Both the position numbers and the translations under genes were made by a program. Under the pieces are notes generated by a model that saw only the letters and a list, made by a program, of their open reading frames with translations, was not told where the DNA came from and ran no database searches. From Candidatus Omnitrophota bacterium (lineage in GTDB: Bacteria; Omnitrophota; Gorgyraeia; Zapsychrales; Zapsychraceae), in contig JADFXT010000002.1 in the NCBI GenBank assembly GCA_015233405.1, positions 4,451 to 68,450 on the forward strand: a stretch of 64,000 nucleotides of DNA, in the 5' to 3' direction. Each line of letters begins with the position of its first letter. Positions within the stretch are counted from its first letter, which is position 1. This document shows positions 7,476 to 17,390 of the stretch, piece after piece.

Positions 7476-9778
7476 TTTGTCATTCCTTTCAAAGCTTTTA
7501 TTATTTTATCCGGTGTAAACGGAAGTTCTTTAAGCCGTATCCCAACGGCATCTTCAATAGCATTGGCGATCGCTGCCGCCGTCGGAAGAAGAGCCGCCTC
7601 TCCCATTCCCTTGGCGCCGAACGGCCCGTTGGGGTCATTGGTTTCGATCAAAATACTTTCCATGGGCGGAATGCCAACCGACCGGGGAACTTTATAATGG
7701 CCAAAATTAGGATTGACCACGCGGCCATTTTTAAACTGTAAATTCTCATAGAGCGAATACCCAATGCCCATAATAAGCGAGCCTTCAATCTGCCCTTTGA
7801 CGGATTGAGGATTGATGGCTTTCCCGACGTCATGAGCGTCCCAAATTTTAAGGATTTTCACTTCCCCTGTTTCTTTATTGACCTCCACTTCCGCGATTTG
7901 GGCTTCGAACCCATAACTACCGGAGACGTTCCCTTCTCCTGTGCGAAAATCAATAGGAGTGGTCTTAGGGTTGAAACTACCCCGTCCGATAACTTGAGTC
8001 CCGTAATTAAATGAATAGCAAAGTTCGACGGCTTTTTCAAATGAAATTATCACAGAATTCGATGCCTTTTTAATGACCTGTTCGGCCTTAATATCGAGGT
8101 CTTCGCTTTGGCATTGATATTCTTGAGCAACAACATTTAAAATTTGCTGTTTGGCATCGCGTGCTGCGAGTAATGCGGAATTTCCCGAGATGAATGTGAC
8201 CCGGCTGGCGAAGCTTCCTGTATCAAATGGCGTAATTTCCGTGTCCGCGGCCGTGCATTTAATACGTTTAAAACTGATGCCTAATTCCTGGGCGGCAATT
8301 TGGGAAAGAGCGGTATTAGCGCCTTGCCCGGTGTCTGCAGCGCCAGTAAAGAGATATACAGAGCAATCCTCCTCTACTTTGATGATGGCTCCCCCAGACT
8401 CATGCGATTTGTACATCTTAGAGCCCATAACGTCGGCGGCAATGCCAATGCCGATGCCACGGCAGATATTTTGCTGCTTGCCGTGTTTCTGTTTCCAGCC
8501 GCTTGCCGCAGTCGCTTTCTCAATGCACTCCCGAAGGCCGTTAGAGGTAATGATCATTTTATTGGTCGTGACCATATTCGGTTCGGTAATATTTTTTAGG
8601 CGGAATTCCACCGGGTCCATGCCGATGCCTTGGGCTAAAAGGTCCATGTGCGATTCGATGGAAAATCCCGATTGTACGCCGCCAAATCCGCGAATCGCGC
8701 CGCTGACGGGATTATTGGTATAAATCCGATATGCGGTGATTTTTAAATTTGGAATTTTATAGACCATAAAAATCCGCATGGTGGCGGCCGCCAAAACAGT
8801 CGGGCCATAACTGCAATAAGCTCCTCCGTCGGCAATGACCTCGCCCGTGATCGCCACAATGGTGCCGTCTTTTTTTATCCCGCTTTTAAGTTTATAGATC
8901 ATGCTATGTTTCCGTCGAGAAAATGAAAATTCTTCTTCGCGGTTATAGCAGATTTTAACCGGTACGCCACCCGCTTTCTTCGATAGTAAGCACGCGGAAA
9001 AATCCATCGGGAGCATTTCGAGTTTTCCGCCGAAGCCGCCGCCGGATGCGAGCTTAATGACGCGAATATCGTTTAAATTCATCTTAAGACATTTGGCCAA
9101 GGCTTCCCGGACTTTAAACGGGGCTTGATGGGAGATCCATAAAGTAATTTTATTAGAAAAAGTCTCCCATTGCCCGACGCAGGTATGCGTTTCCATGCAG
9201 GCGTGCGCCGCGGATTGGCAATAGAAAACATCTTCACGGACGTAATCGGATTCCTGAAGGCCGCGCTCGGCATTGCCGAAGTTAACCGGGAGCATGACGC
9301 CGATATTATTACGGACGTGGTTATGGACTTGCGGTGCCCCGGGTTTCATGGCTTCTTCAGCGTCGAAGACTGCGGGTAAGATTTCATATTGGACATCAAT
9401 GAGCTTTATGGCTTCGTCTGCGGTTTTCTCATCGATAGCCGCAACGGCGCCGATCTCATCGCCGATATAACGGACCTTTTGGGACTCAAGCGCTTCCTGA
9501 TCGACCGTATGAGGAAAGAAATATTCGTTGGACCCGAATTTTATTTTAGAGGTGTCTTCCGCCGTGATAATGGCTTTAACCCCGGGCAATTGTTCGGCTT
9601 TGGACGTATCAATTTTAAGGATCTTGGCGTGCGGATGCGGCGAGCGCAGCATTTTACCGACGAGTATGCCGGGCAGGTTCATGTCGAAGGTATACTTCGT
9701 CTGGCCGGTCACGAGCCCTTTGCCGTCAATGCGCGGGATATTTTTTCCTACAGGATTTAAAAAGTCTTTGTTATCCAT
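7472..9778 (-). CDS. Molybdenum hydroxylase (xanthine dehydrogenase / aldehyde oxidoreductase family) molybdopterin-binding large subunit
   Basis: Family motifs GKNIPRIDGKGLVTGQTKY, GGGFGGK, IRGFGGVQ, GAKGMGEAAL. I place the start at ATG 9778 (MDNKDF...), overlapping the stop of the 2Fe-2S gene (ATGGATAA). The track ORF extends to 9889. Confidence 0.9.
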   Translation of the reverse strand: MDNKDFLNPVGKNIPRIDGKGLVTGQTKYTFDMNLPGILVGKMLRSPHPHAKILKIDTSKAEQLPGVKAIITAEDTSKIKFGSNEYFFPHTVDQEALESQKVRYIGDEIGAVAAIDEKTADEAIKLIDVQYEILPAVFDAEEAMKPGAPQVHNHVRNNIGVMLPVNFGNAERGLQESDYVREDVFYCQSAAHACMETHTCVGQWETFSNKITLWISHQAPFKVREALAKCLKMNLNDIRVIKLASGGGFGGKLEMLPMDFSACLLSKKAGGVPVKICYNREEEFSFSRRKHSMIYKLKSGIKKDGTIVAITGEVIADGGAYCSYGPTVLAAATMRIFMVYKIPNLKITAYRIYTNNPVSGAIRGFGGVQSGFSIESHMDLLAQGIGMDPVEFRLKNITEPNMVTTNKMIITSNGLRECIEKATAASGWKQKHGKQQNICRGIGIGIAADVMGSKMYKSHESGGAIIKVEEDCSVYLFTGAADTGQGANTALSQIAAQELGISFKRIKCTAADTEITPFDTGSFASRVTFISGNSALLAARDAKQQILNVVAQEYQCQSEDLDIKAEQVIKKASNSVIISFEKAVELCYSFNYGTQVIGRGSFNPKTTPIDFRTGEGNVSGSYGFEAQIAEVEVNKETGEVKILKIWDAHDVGKAINPQSVKGQIEGSLIMGIGYSLYENLQFKNGRVVNPNFGHYKVPRSVGIPPMESILIETNDPNGPFGAKGMGEAALLPTAAAIANAIEDAVGIRLKELPFTPDKIIKALKGMTK

Positions 9779-10238
9779 TTTTAAGTTTTTGTCCTGCTGA
9801 TTTAACCGCTTCGACGATTTCAACATATCCGGCGCAGCGGCAGAGATTTCCATCCAAGGCCTTTTTGATTTCTTCTTCGGTTGGTGCAAGATTTTTATTT
9901 AATAAAGATTGCGCTGCTAGGATCATGCCTGGCGTACAGAATCCGCACTGCACCGCCCCCTTTTCTAAGAATGCTTCCTGAAGAGGATGAAGATTGTCTC
10001 CCTGGGATAGTCCTTCAATGGTGGTGATATTTTGACTGTCTAGCGTAGCGGCTAAGGTGATACAAGATAACACTGATTTCCCGTCGACAAGAACCGTGCA
10101 GGCTCCGCATTCGGCTTCCTGGCACGCGCTTTTGGTCCCTGTAAAACCCAAATGGTCGCGCAAGACTTCCAGCAAGGTTTCGTGGCCCTTAAGGTTAAGT
10201 TCATATTTTTTATTGTTTACGATCAGTGTCGTTGTCAT
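9771..10238 (-). CDS. Molybdenum hydroxylase (2Fe-2S)-binding small subunit
   Basis: 155 aa. CQEAECGACTV and CGFCTPG...CRCAGY cysteine motifs for two [2Fe-2S] clusters. Confidence 0.9.
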   Translation of the reverse strand: MTTTLIVNNKKYELNLKGHETLLEVLRDHLGFTGTKSACQEAECGACTVLVDGKSVLSCITLAATLDSQNITTIEGLSQGDNLHPLQEAFLEKGAVQCGFCTPGMILAAQSLLNKNLAPTEEEIKKALDGNLCRCAGYVEIVEAVKSAGQKLKNG

Positions 10239-11083
10239 TTGGCTTTCCCAGTAATTTCTTCAAGTGCCTGTTTGATAGAAACTTCAAACATGTGTCTTTT
10301 GTAATCATCGTCTTTTGTTTCATATATTGGACTTTTTAATTGTCCTATAGCTTCAGTTGCCAGCGTCGGTGAAAACGGCTTTTGGTTTAGGAAATTTTCT
10401 AAGAGGTTGTCTCTTTGGCAAAATACTGTACCGTTATTAACGGTAACTTGTGTGTCCGCAAATGTTTTATTTTTTAAACAAGTTTTGATGCAAACGGAAA
10501 GCATCGGAATATCGATGGCTGCGGTGCGTGTGGCTCGTCGGTAGCTGACAACTAGATTCTCTTCCTTGGGAATAGTAATTTTAGTCAGGATCTTATTTGT
10601 CTTGGCTGCATTTTTAAAGAAGTTTTCTGCCTCGACAATTTCTTCCTTGCCGTTTGATGTAAAATGTAGGCGAGCATTGAGCGCCACCATAATCGTCGGC
10701 AATTCTGTCCAGGTATAACGGCAGGTCAAATTTCCGCCGACCGTGGCCATATGACGAATCGGTGTTGTGGCAATCTGAGAGCTAACTGTTTTTAGAATTC
10801 CAAATTCTTTGGCGATGACGGAGGAATTTATTATATCGTCTAAAGTGACCATAGCACCGAGCGAAAGAATTCCATTTTCTAAAGAAATTGCGTGAAGTTC
10901 AGGGATTTTTTTGAGGCTGATGATGTTGTCCGGCGTCTTGAGACCTTTGTTCTTTAAGTTCTTTAAGCTGTTAACCAGAAACGTCCCTCCTGCCAGGATC
11001 TTGATGTTATCCAATTTGGCATAAAGCTCGTCGGCTTCAGCGATTGTTTGAGGTAGATGTAATGTCAATGGATTGAGTTGCAT
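10235..11083 (-). CDS. Molybdenum hydroxylase FAD-binding medium subunit (CoxM/XdhB-like)
   Basis: 282 aa. ILAGGTFL and ATVGGNL FAD-binding-5 motifs; 4-nt overlap with the downstream subunit. Confidence 0.85.
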   Translation of the reverse strand: MQLNPLTLHLPQTIAEADELYAKLDNIKILAGGTFLVNSLKNLKNKGLKTPDNIISLKKIPELHAISLENGILSLGAMVTLDDIINSSVIAKEFGILKTVSSQIATTPIRHMATVGGNLTCRYTWTELPTIMVALNARLHFTSNGKEEIVEAENFFKNAAKTNKILTKITIPKEENLVVSYRRATRTAAIDIPMLSVCIKTCLKNKTFADTQVTVNNGTVFCQRDNLLENFLNQKPFSPTLATEAIGQLKSPIYETKDDDYKRHMFEVSIKQALEEITGKAK

Positions 11084-11091
11084 AATAAATT

Positions 11092-12924
11092 TTATTTTCC
11101 GTCGAAGTCTTCCAGGGCCACTTCCACAACAGCGATATCCCAGCCGTGGGAAAATATCTCTTTTTTGACCTCTTCTTTTGTTTTTTGAGCAAAATCTTTT
11201 TTATGAGCCTCAATAAAAGTTCTCAATATTTTAACATTATACTCCTGATGCTTGTTCAATTGCCAGCGTAAAGGCACCATCTCTTCTTTTTTGTTAAGCA
11301 GATACGCGATAACCGCTAACCCCATCGGCAGCAAAAGTACGCCTAACGAAGAATAAAAATCTACCGGTTGAGAAGGGCTTAGGAGAAATCCCGAGACGTG
11401 CCAGAAGGCATCAAAAAGATAGTGCGCCACAATAACGGGAATGATCCCAATCGAAAGATAGACGACGGATAAAAATATGCCTAAACAAGAAACTTCCACG
11501 CCACGAAACCACATAGGGAAAACCGGATAGCTGCTGTGAGCGAATCCCCAAATGAGCGACGAGAATAATACGGCGAGAAGAGTGCTTTTAAAGACTTTCT
11601 TCATCCAGTTGACGGCAAATAACCGGTAAAGAATTTCTTCCGAGAAACCGGCTTTCCAGCCGATCGTAAGTGCAGTGATAAACGGTAGATAGGTCGTCGA
11701 GAGCTGGCCCATCCAGGTATTCTCGACCCAAACGCCCCAATAGGCTTGTCCGATCTTTACAAGCAGCGCTTGAAGCCCAAGCATGATGATGCTAATGAAA
11801 TATCCTAGAATAATGAGCTCAGCAAAGGACCGCGTCCAAAAACTTGAGAGCCGGTAAAATAAGAAAGACCCTTTCTTTTGCTCGGGCGAAACTTCAAAGT
11901 GCATAAGCTCTCCGGATAAGCCGGGAATAATGCAAATCAATGAAGCAAGGATCATCGGGGCGATGTTATTGACGCCATAGCGCATCAGGTAGGAATTTAA
12001 TGGGCCTGTGGTCCCATAACCGTAAAGCACGTTTTGAAAAAAGTTGAAGATCGATAAGATGGACAAAAAGAAAAATATCCCGGCCATGGCCAGATAGAAA
12101 TTTTTGGTTTTGTTCATGGCCAGATGATTCCGTCGGGAAAAAAGAACAAAGGCGGCCATTGCATAGAGAATAGCATAAAGGATCCGGACAAAAGATGTAA
12201 GGTTCTCCCCTACTTCTTGTTTTTGTCCCAAGAAACGGTTGAACTGGTCAGGGACAGCAAAAATGTTTTTAGAAAAAGACAGGATTTCATTTCCCGAGAT
12301 GCTTGCCCCCGTCAGCAATTTTCCGGTTCCGGAATCTTTTTTATCGCTCCAGGGAATATGGACGCTCTTTTTTTCCCAGGTAAAAGAATAATCAATGCGG
12401 TTATCTTTGGCGATTTCCGTATCATCTTTGAGTTTGTAAAGGTCAAAATTAATGTGAAATTGGTCTTTTAAGAAAGTCTGGACGCGCTGTAAAGATTCTT
12501 CTTTGGAAATCTTTGGGCGATAAGCGCTGTCTTCAATGACATGGCGGAAAGAAGTGGCTTCTCCCGTCGAAGAACTGACGGTAATCCGGTATTCTTCCTT
12601 TTCCTGTTCTTTAAAAAAACGGACAGCCCAGAAGAATGTCTCAAAATCGTTATCGTGGATAAATTTTTTAAATCCTTTAAATCCGATCGTTTTTTGAAGA
12701 TAGCGGTCCGTCGGGGAGTCTTGAGTAAAGACGATAGCTGTTTTATACTGCGACGGATTTGTTCCGGTTTTAGAAAGATAATCCTTGGCGATCGTGAGGG
12801 CTTTTGCCCTGCTGGTGGAGAAATTCCCAAAGCTGAGCTGAGGATAGCTATAGGCATACCAAAACCAGAGGCTTAAAAGGCAAAGGATAAAAAAGGTGAA
12901 CCTTGTGGCACGTTTAATGTTCAT
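11092..12924 (-). CDS. Polytopic membrane protein with C-terminal CPBP (CAAX/Abi-type) intramembrane glutamic protease domain
   Basis: 610 aa. Large N-terminal extracytoplasmic domain. CPBP motifs EEILYR, FAHSSY and HYLFDAFW in the TM region. Confidence 0.75.
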   Translation of the reverse strand: MNIKRATRFTFFILCLLSLWFWYAYSYPQLSFGNFSTSRAKALTIAKDYLSKTGTNPSQYKTAIVFTQDSPTDRYLQKTIGFKGFKKFIHDNDFETFFWAVRFFKEQEKEEYRITVSSSTGEATSFRHVIEDSAYRPKISKEESLQRVQTFLKDQFHINFDLYKLKDDTEIAKDNRIDYSFTWEKKSVHIPWSDKKDSGTGKLLTGASISGNEILSFSKNIFAVPDQFNRFLGQKQEVGENLTSFVRILYAILYAMAAFVLFSRRNHLAMNKTKNFYLAMAGIFFFLSILSIFNFFQNVLYGYGTTGPLNSYLMRYGVNNIAPMILASLICIIPGLSGELMHFEVSPEQKKGSFLFYRLSSFWTRSFAELIILGYFISIIMLGLQALLVKIGQAYWGVWVENTWMGQLSTTYLPFITALTIGWKAGFSEEILYRLFAVNWMKKVFKSTLLAVLFSSLIWGFAHSSYPVFPMWFRGVEVSCLGIFLSVVYLSIGIIPVIVAHYLFDAFWHVSGFLLSPSQPVDFYSSLGVLLLPMGLAVIAYLLNKKEEMVPLRWQLNKHQEYNVKILRTFIEAHKKDFAQKTKEEVKKEIFSHGWDIAVVEVALEDFDGK

Positions 12925-12933
12925 GGCGTAAGT

Positions 12934-13656
12934 CTATAGTAAATCCAGGACTTCTTTGGGAAGTTTGTTGAGTTCTTGAATCCCTAACACTTTGACCGAC
13001 CAGCGCAGGATGTTTAATTTTTGTTTAAGCGGCTCATCGGGATCTTTAACATCAGCGAGGCGTTTACGTGACAGAAAAAATATGTTTCTTAGCGCATTAA
13101 AAATGATCCGGGCTTCCCGCGGACGGTTATTGCCGGATTCGATCAGCTCATTGATGCTGTCATAAGCAAATGCGTTGACGGTCTTATTATAATGATTCAG
13201 TTTTTGAATCAGAGCCGGGACCATGGTCTTGAAATATTTGTAACGGTCGATTTTGCACAACGTGTGCATAATTTCCACCTGGACAAACGGAGAAGTGTTT
13301 AGATTAAGTCTTCTTAAAAGGATCCGTTCCGTCACTTCTTTCTCATCGGCGACAACCTCTTTGCTATATTTTTCTTTAAAGACGCCTACAGCGGCGGCAA
13401 TTTGATAGGCGGACAACGTGTCATCCTGAATCATTGCTAAAAGGACATCTTGGGAAAGGTTTGTGTATTGTTGCGCATATCCTTCTAAAAGTGTTTTGTC
13501 GTCGAAGATGGCGTAAGGATTAAAGGGTTGTGTGGCAGGAGCTGTTGAGCTTTCAGATGTCCTGGCCAGTCCTTGTGAGTCCTGGGCATACAATGAACCA
13601 ATAGAAACAAATAATACGCTGATTATGGTTGTGATGTGAAAAAAGATTTTCTTCAT
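12934..13656 (-). CDS. Secreted alpha-helical protein of unknown function
   Basis: 240 aa with N-terminal signal peptide. No motif recognised. Confidence 0.5.
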   Translation of the reverse strand: MKKIFFHITTIISVLFVSIGSLYAQDSQGLARTSESSTAPATQPFNPYAIFDDKTLLEGYAQQYTNLSQDVLLAMIQDDTLSAYQIAAAVGVFKEKYSKEVVADEKEVTERILLRRLNLNTSPFVQVEIMHTLCKIDRYKYFKTMVPALIQKLNHYNKTVNAFAYDSINELIESGNNRPREARIIFNALRNIFFLSRKRLADVKDPDEPLKQKLNILRWSVKVLGIQELNKLPKEVLDLL

Positions 13657-14519
13657 TGTGTCAGGATCTCCATCGACACATCAACCGTTTTATAGGTGTG
13701 CGTGAGTGCTCCCGTGGAGATGCGGTCCACTCCTGTCTTAGCGATAGAGCGGACATTTTTTAAGGTCACTCCGCCGGAAGCTTCCAAAAGAGGATGCTTT
13801 CCTTTAAACGCCTTCACGATTTTGACAGCGTCCCTCATTTGCCGGTTATTCATATTATCAAGTAAAACAATATCCGGTTTGGCCTTGAGCACTCGCCTTA
13901 ATTGGGCGAGCGTGTCCACTTCGATAATGACGGATTTTGTACTTATTTTTCGAAATTTTTTTAAAATCCCGACCAGCTCATCTAAATGTTCTGAGATTTC
14001 ACGGTGGTTGTCTTTGATCAAGACCATCTCATTTAAATTGTGACGGTGATTAACGCCGCCGCCGCAGCGGACCGCGTATTTTTCAAGTTTCCGTAAACAG
14101 GGTGTTGTTTTTCGTGTGTCCAAGATTTTCGCTTTGGTGTGACGGACTTTTTCCGCGAACCGATTGGTATTGGTCGCAATGCCCGAAAGATATCCCAGGA
14201 AATTTAAAGCGGTCCTCTCTCCCGTCAAAATGGTGCGTGTTTTGCCTTTTAAGAAAGCGATCTTTGTCCCTTTTTTGACTTTATCACCGTCGGAAAATGA
14301 CGTGTTGAATTTTAGGTTTTTATCAATCCTGTGAAAAACTTGTTTAGCGATTTTAAGGCCGCAAAGAACAGCATCTTCCTTGACGATCATATAGGCCTCG
14401 GAGATTTTTTCTTTAGGAACAAGAAGGTTCGTCGTGATGTCCTGGTCAAAAGTGTCCTCTAATAACGCCTGAAGGACGATTTGTCGGGTTTCTTTAGAGT
14501 TCATTGCGAGTTCTCTCAT
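13653..14519 (-). CDS. nadC: Nicotinate-nucleotide pyrophosphorylase (quinolinate phosphoribosyltransferase)
   Basis: 288 aa. TGERTALNFL, DTRKTTP and RCGGGVNHRHNL motifs; ATGA overlap with the valS stop. Confidence 0.9.
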   Translation of the reverse strand: MRELAMNSKETRQIVLQALLEDTFDQDITTNLLVPKEKISEAYMIVKEDAVLCGLKIAKQVFHRIDKNLKFNTSFSDGDKVKKGTKIAFLKGKTRTILTGERTALNFLGYLSGIATNTNRFAEKVRHTKAKILDTRKTTPCLRKLEKYAVRCGGGVNHRHNLNEMVLIKDNHREISEHLDELVGILKKFRKISTKSVIIEVDTLAQLRRVLKAKPDIVLLDNMNNRQMRDAVKIVKAFKGKHPLLEASGGVTLKNVRSIAKTGVDRISTGALTHTYKTVDVSMEILTQ

Positions 14520-17143
14520 ATTAAGCCTTTGATAGCTTGTTGGAGTTTTTCGATTTTTTTCTGAAGGTCTTGAAGCCGTTCTTTATCTTTGGCGACGACC
14601 TCTGCTGGTGCTTTTTCGACAAAAGCTGCATTGGCTAGTCGGTCAGCCAAGCCTTGCTCGGCTTTTTTATATTCATCCAGTTGTTTTAAAATGCGCCCCT
14701 TCTCTTTCTCGACGTCAATCACACCTTCAAGGCTAATGGCATTTTCCGAATCTTCAAAGACATTGCGGATGACGTTTTGTGTTTGAGACAAGCTAGGCAA
14801 AATGACAGGGTCTTTGATCTTGGCTAAACTTTTCAAAAGGCCGATATTGTTTTCTAATATGTTCCGTACCGCGGCTGACGACGAGGCAAATTGGCAAGAC
14901 AATTCCTCGTTGGGTTTGATTTCCCACTCGGCCCGCGAGTTTCGGATAGACACGATATGTTCAATAAGAATCCGCATATTTTTTTCTGCTTGCGGGTCGA
15001 TCAGATTGTCTTCAACGGTTGGCCAAGGTTGTATGCAGAGTTCGCTTTGGCCGCTTTTTTTGATGTTCTCCCAGATCTCTTCGGTGACAAACGGCATAAA
15101 AGGGTGGATTATTTTTAAAGATTCCGCGAGGATTTTAAAGACGATATTCTGTGTCGTCGGATTCGCCCAATCGTTTTTGATGATCTCCAGATACCAATCG
15201 CAAAAATTATTCCAGAAGAATTCATAGATCAGCGATTCGGCTTCGGAATACCGGTAATGTTCGATGGCATCTGATACGTCTTTGATCGTCGTATAAAGCC
15301 GGGAAATGATCCATTTCGACGGCAAATCAAGGTCCGGCATGTTTTTTATGGCCGAAAGTTTAAACGAAGGGTCGATCGTTTGAGCGTTCATTAAAATCAA
15401 TCTCGACGCGTTCCAGATCTTATTGGCGAAATTCCGGCCGATCTCGAATTTTTCCTTCGAGATAAAAAGATCCTGTCCGGAGTTGATGATCAAACTAAAG
15501 CGTAAGGCGTCCGCGCCGTATTCCTCGATGATCTCCAAGGGATCAATAGCGTTTCCTAAGGACTTCGACATTTTTCGACCCTTAGCGTCGCGCACCGTGC
15601 CGTGGATATACACGTCGGAAAATGGGATATCTCCTCGAAATTCAAACCCGGCCATGATCATGCGCGCCACCCAGAAAAAGATGATCTCGCTTGCGGTAAA
15701 AAGTGATGACGTCGGATAAAAATATTTAAGGTCTGCATTCTCTTGTGGCCAGCCTAAGGTCGCAAACGGCCATAGCCACGATGAGAACCAGGTATCCAAG
15801 ACGTCCTCATCCTGTTTAAGATTTTTGGAATGGCACTTCGGGCACGCTGCCGGCGTATCTTTGACAACAATTTCCATCTGGCAATCTTGGCAATACCAAA
15901 CAGGAATTCTATGCCCCCACCAGATCTGCCGTGAAATACACCAATCGCGAATCCCTTCCATCCAATTCAAATAGACCTTCGACCAGCGTTCGGGATAAAA
16001 TTTGATGCGACCATCCTTGACCGCCTCAATTCCCGGCTGGGCGAGCGGCGTCATCCGTACAAACCATTGTTTGGATAAATACGGTTCGACCACGGTATCG
16101 CAGCGATAGCAATGCCCGACGGCGTGCAAATGATCGTCGGTCTTCACCAAAAGTCCTTGGGCTTCCAGATCTTCCAGGATTTTTTTGCGTGCCACAAAAC
16201 GGTCGAGGCCGTTATAAACTCCACCCTGCTCATTAATTTTTCCGTCGGGATGCATAATGTTAATGAACTCTAAGTTGTGGCGTTTGCCCATCTGATAGTC
16301 ATTCGGGTCGTGGGCCGGGGTCACTTTGACCGCGCCAGAGCCGAATTCTCTATCGACAAGTTCGTCGGTAATAATAGGAATTTCACGGTTTACCAATGGT
16401 AAAATCAAAATTTTTCCAATAAGATTCTGATAGCGTTCATCTTTCGGATTGACGGCGACCGCGGTATCGCCCAGCATGGTTTCCGGACGAGTTGTGGCAA
16501 CAACGATGAATTGGTCAGGGTTCTCTTTAAGCGGATAACGGATATGATACAAATGCCCTTTGGTATCTTTGTGCTCGGCTTCCTCGTCGGAAAGAGCGGT
16601 GTGGCAGCGCGGGCACCAGTTGATAATATATGTGCCACGGTAAATGAGATCTTTTTCATAAAGACGGACAAAAACTTCTTTGACCGCGTTACTGTATGCG
16701 TCGTCCATGGTAAAGCGCGTGCGTTTCCAGTCGCAGGACGCGCCGATTTTCTTTAGCTGATTGATAATGGTGTCGCCATACTGCTTCTTCCACGCCCAAA
16801 GTTTTTCTAAGAATGCCTCGCGGCCAAGATCGTGGCGTTTCTTCCCTTCTTTCGCGAGCGCTTTCTCGACGACGTTTTGCGTGGCAATGCCGGCATGATC
16901 GGTCCCGGGCATCCAGAGCGCTTCAAAACCTTTCATGCGTTTATAGCGGATAATAATATCTTGTAATGTATTATTGAGCGCGTGGCCCATATGCAGAATG
17001 CCGGTCACATTTGGCGGCGGAATGACAATGGTATACGGCGGCTTGCCAGTATCGGCCTTGGCATGGAAAAGGTTCTTGTCTTCCCAATCTTTGCTCCACT
17101 TGGCATCGACAGTTTTAAAATCGAATCGTTTAGAGAGTTCCAT
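14516..17143 (-). CDS. valS: Valine--tRNA ligase
   Basis: Class I HIGH (HMGHALN) and KMSKS motifs, CP1 editing domain, C-terminal coiled coil. Start taken at ATG 17143 (MELSKRF...). The track uses an upstream TTG at 17155. Confidence 0.95.
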   Translation of the reverse strand: MELSKRFDFKTVDAKWSKDWEDKNLFHAKADTGKPPYTIVIPPPNVTGILHMGHALNNTLQDIIIRYKRMKGFEALWMPGTDHAGIATQNVVEKALAKEGKKRHDLGREAFLEKLWAWKKQYGDTIINQLKKIGASCDWKRTRFTMDDAYSNAVKEVFVRLYEKDLIYRGTYIINWCPRCHTALSDEEAEHKDTKGHLYHIRYPLKENPDQFIVVATTRPETMLGDTAVAVNPKDERYQNLIGKILILPLVNREIPIITDELVDREFGSGAVKVTPAHDPNDYQMGKRHNLEFINIMHPDGKINEQGGVYNGLDRFVARKKILEDLEAQGLLVKTDDHLHAVGHCYRCDTVVEPYLSKQWFVRMTPLAQPGIEAVKDGRIKFYPERWSKVYLNWMEGIRDWCISRQIWWGHRIPVWYCQDCQMEIVVKDTPAACPKCHSKNLKQDEDVLDTWFSSWLWPFATLGWPQENADLKYFYPTSSLFTASEIIFFWVARMIMAGFEFRGDIPFSDVYIHGTVRDAKGRKMSKSLGNAIDPLEIIEEYGADALRFSLIINSGQDLFISKEKFEIGRNFANKIWNASRLILMNAQTIDPSFKLSAIKNMPDLDLPSKWIISRLYTTIKDVSDAIEHYRYSEAESLIYEFFWNNFCDWYLEIIKNDWANPTTQNIVFKILAESLKIIHPFMPFVTEEIWENIKKSGQSELCIQPWPTVEDNLIDPQAEKNMRILIEHIVSIRNSRAEWEIKPNEELSCQFASSSAAVRNILENNIGLLKSLAKIKDPVILPSLSQTQNVIRNVFEDSENAISLEGVIDVEKEKGRILKQLDEYKKAEQGLADRLANAAFVEKAPAEVVAKDKERLQDLQKKIEKLQQAIKGLI

Positions 17144-17323
17144 AGAATATTCCAATAATATTATTAATTTAATAGATATATTTAGATTATTATAAATTTA
17201 CACTTGTGCCAATATACCATAGGACTTGCGTGCTGAGAAGAGAAAATTCAGGTTAAAACATGAAATATTTACTGTCGTTTAGCTTGACAACCGTATATAT
17301 CTATAAGAATATGAAGCCTATAT

Positions 17324-17347
17324 AAGCGGAATCCAGGTTCCGCTTTT
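17324..17347 (+). terminator. Terminator/attenuator-like hairpin in the leader of the MFS gene
   Basis: AAGCGGAA-TCCAGG-TTCCGCTT followed by TT then an A-run. It begins inside the stop codon of a 4-codon mini-ORF (ATG AAG CCT ATA TAA, 17311-17325). Confidence 0.35.
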
Positions 17348-17390
17348 AAAAAAAGTCGTTGATTTAGAAAGTCTGGATAAAGGAAGTCTT

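Noticed and set aside
8151-8723. 190-aa ORF (and neighbours 8300-8599, 9389-9760) antisense to the Moco subunit gene.
   Set aside because: These are shadow ORFs on the opposite strand of a strongly supported, relatively GC-rich gene, with low-complexity Ala/Pro/Ser-rich translations and no SD.
17325-17336. 12-mer AGCGGAATCCAG shared between the MFS leader hairpin and the 59-bp repeat core, and AGCGGAAT recurring in several spacers.
   Set aside because: AGCGGAAT also occurs inside coding sequence (for example near 18497). I cannot do a proper enrichment count by eye, so I treat it as possible coincidence.
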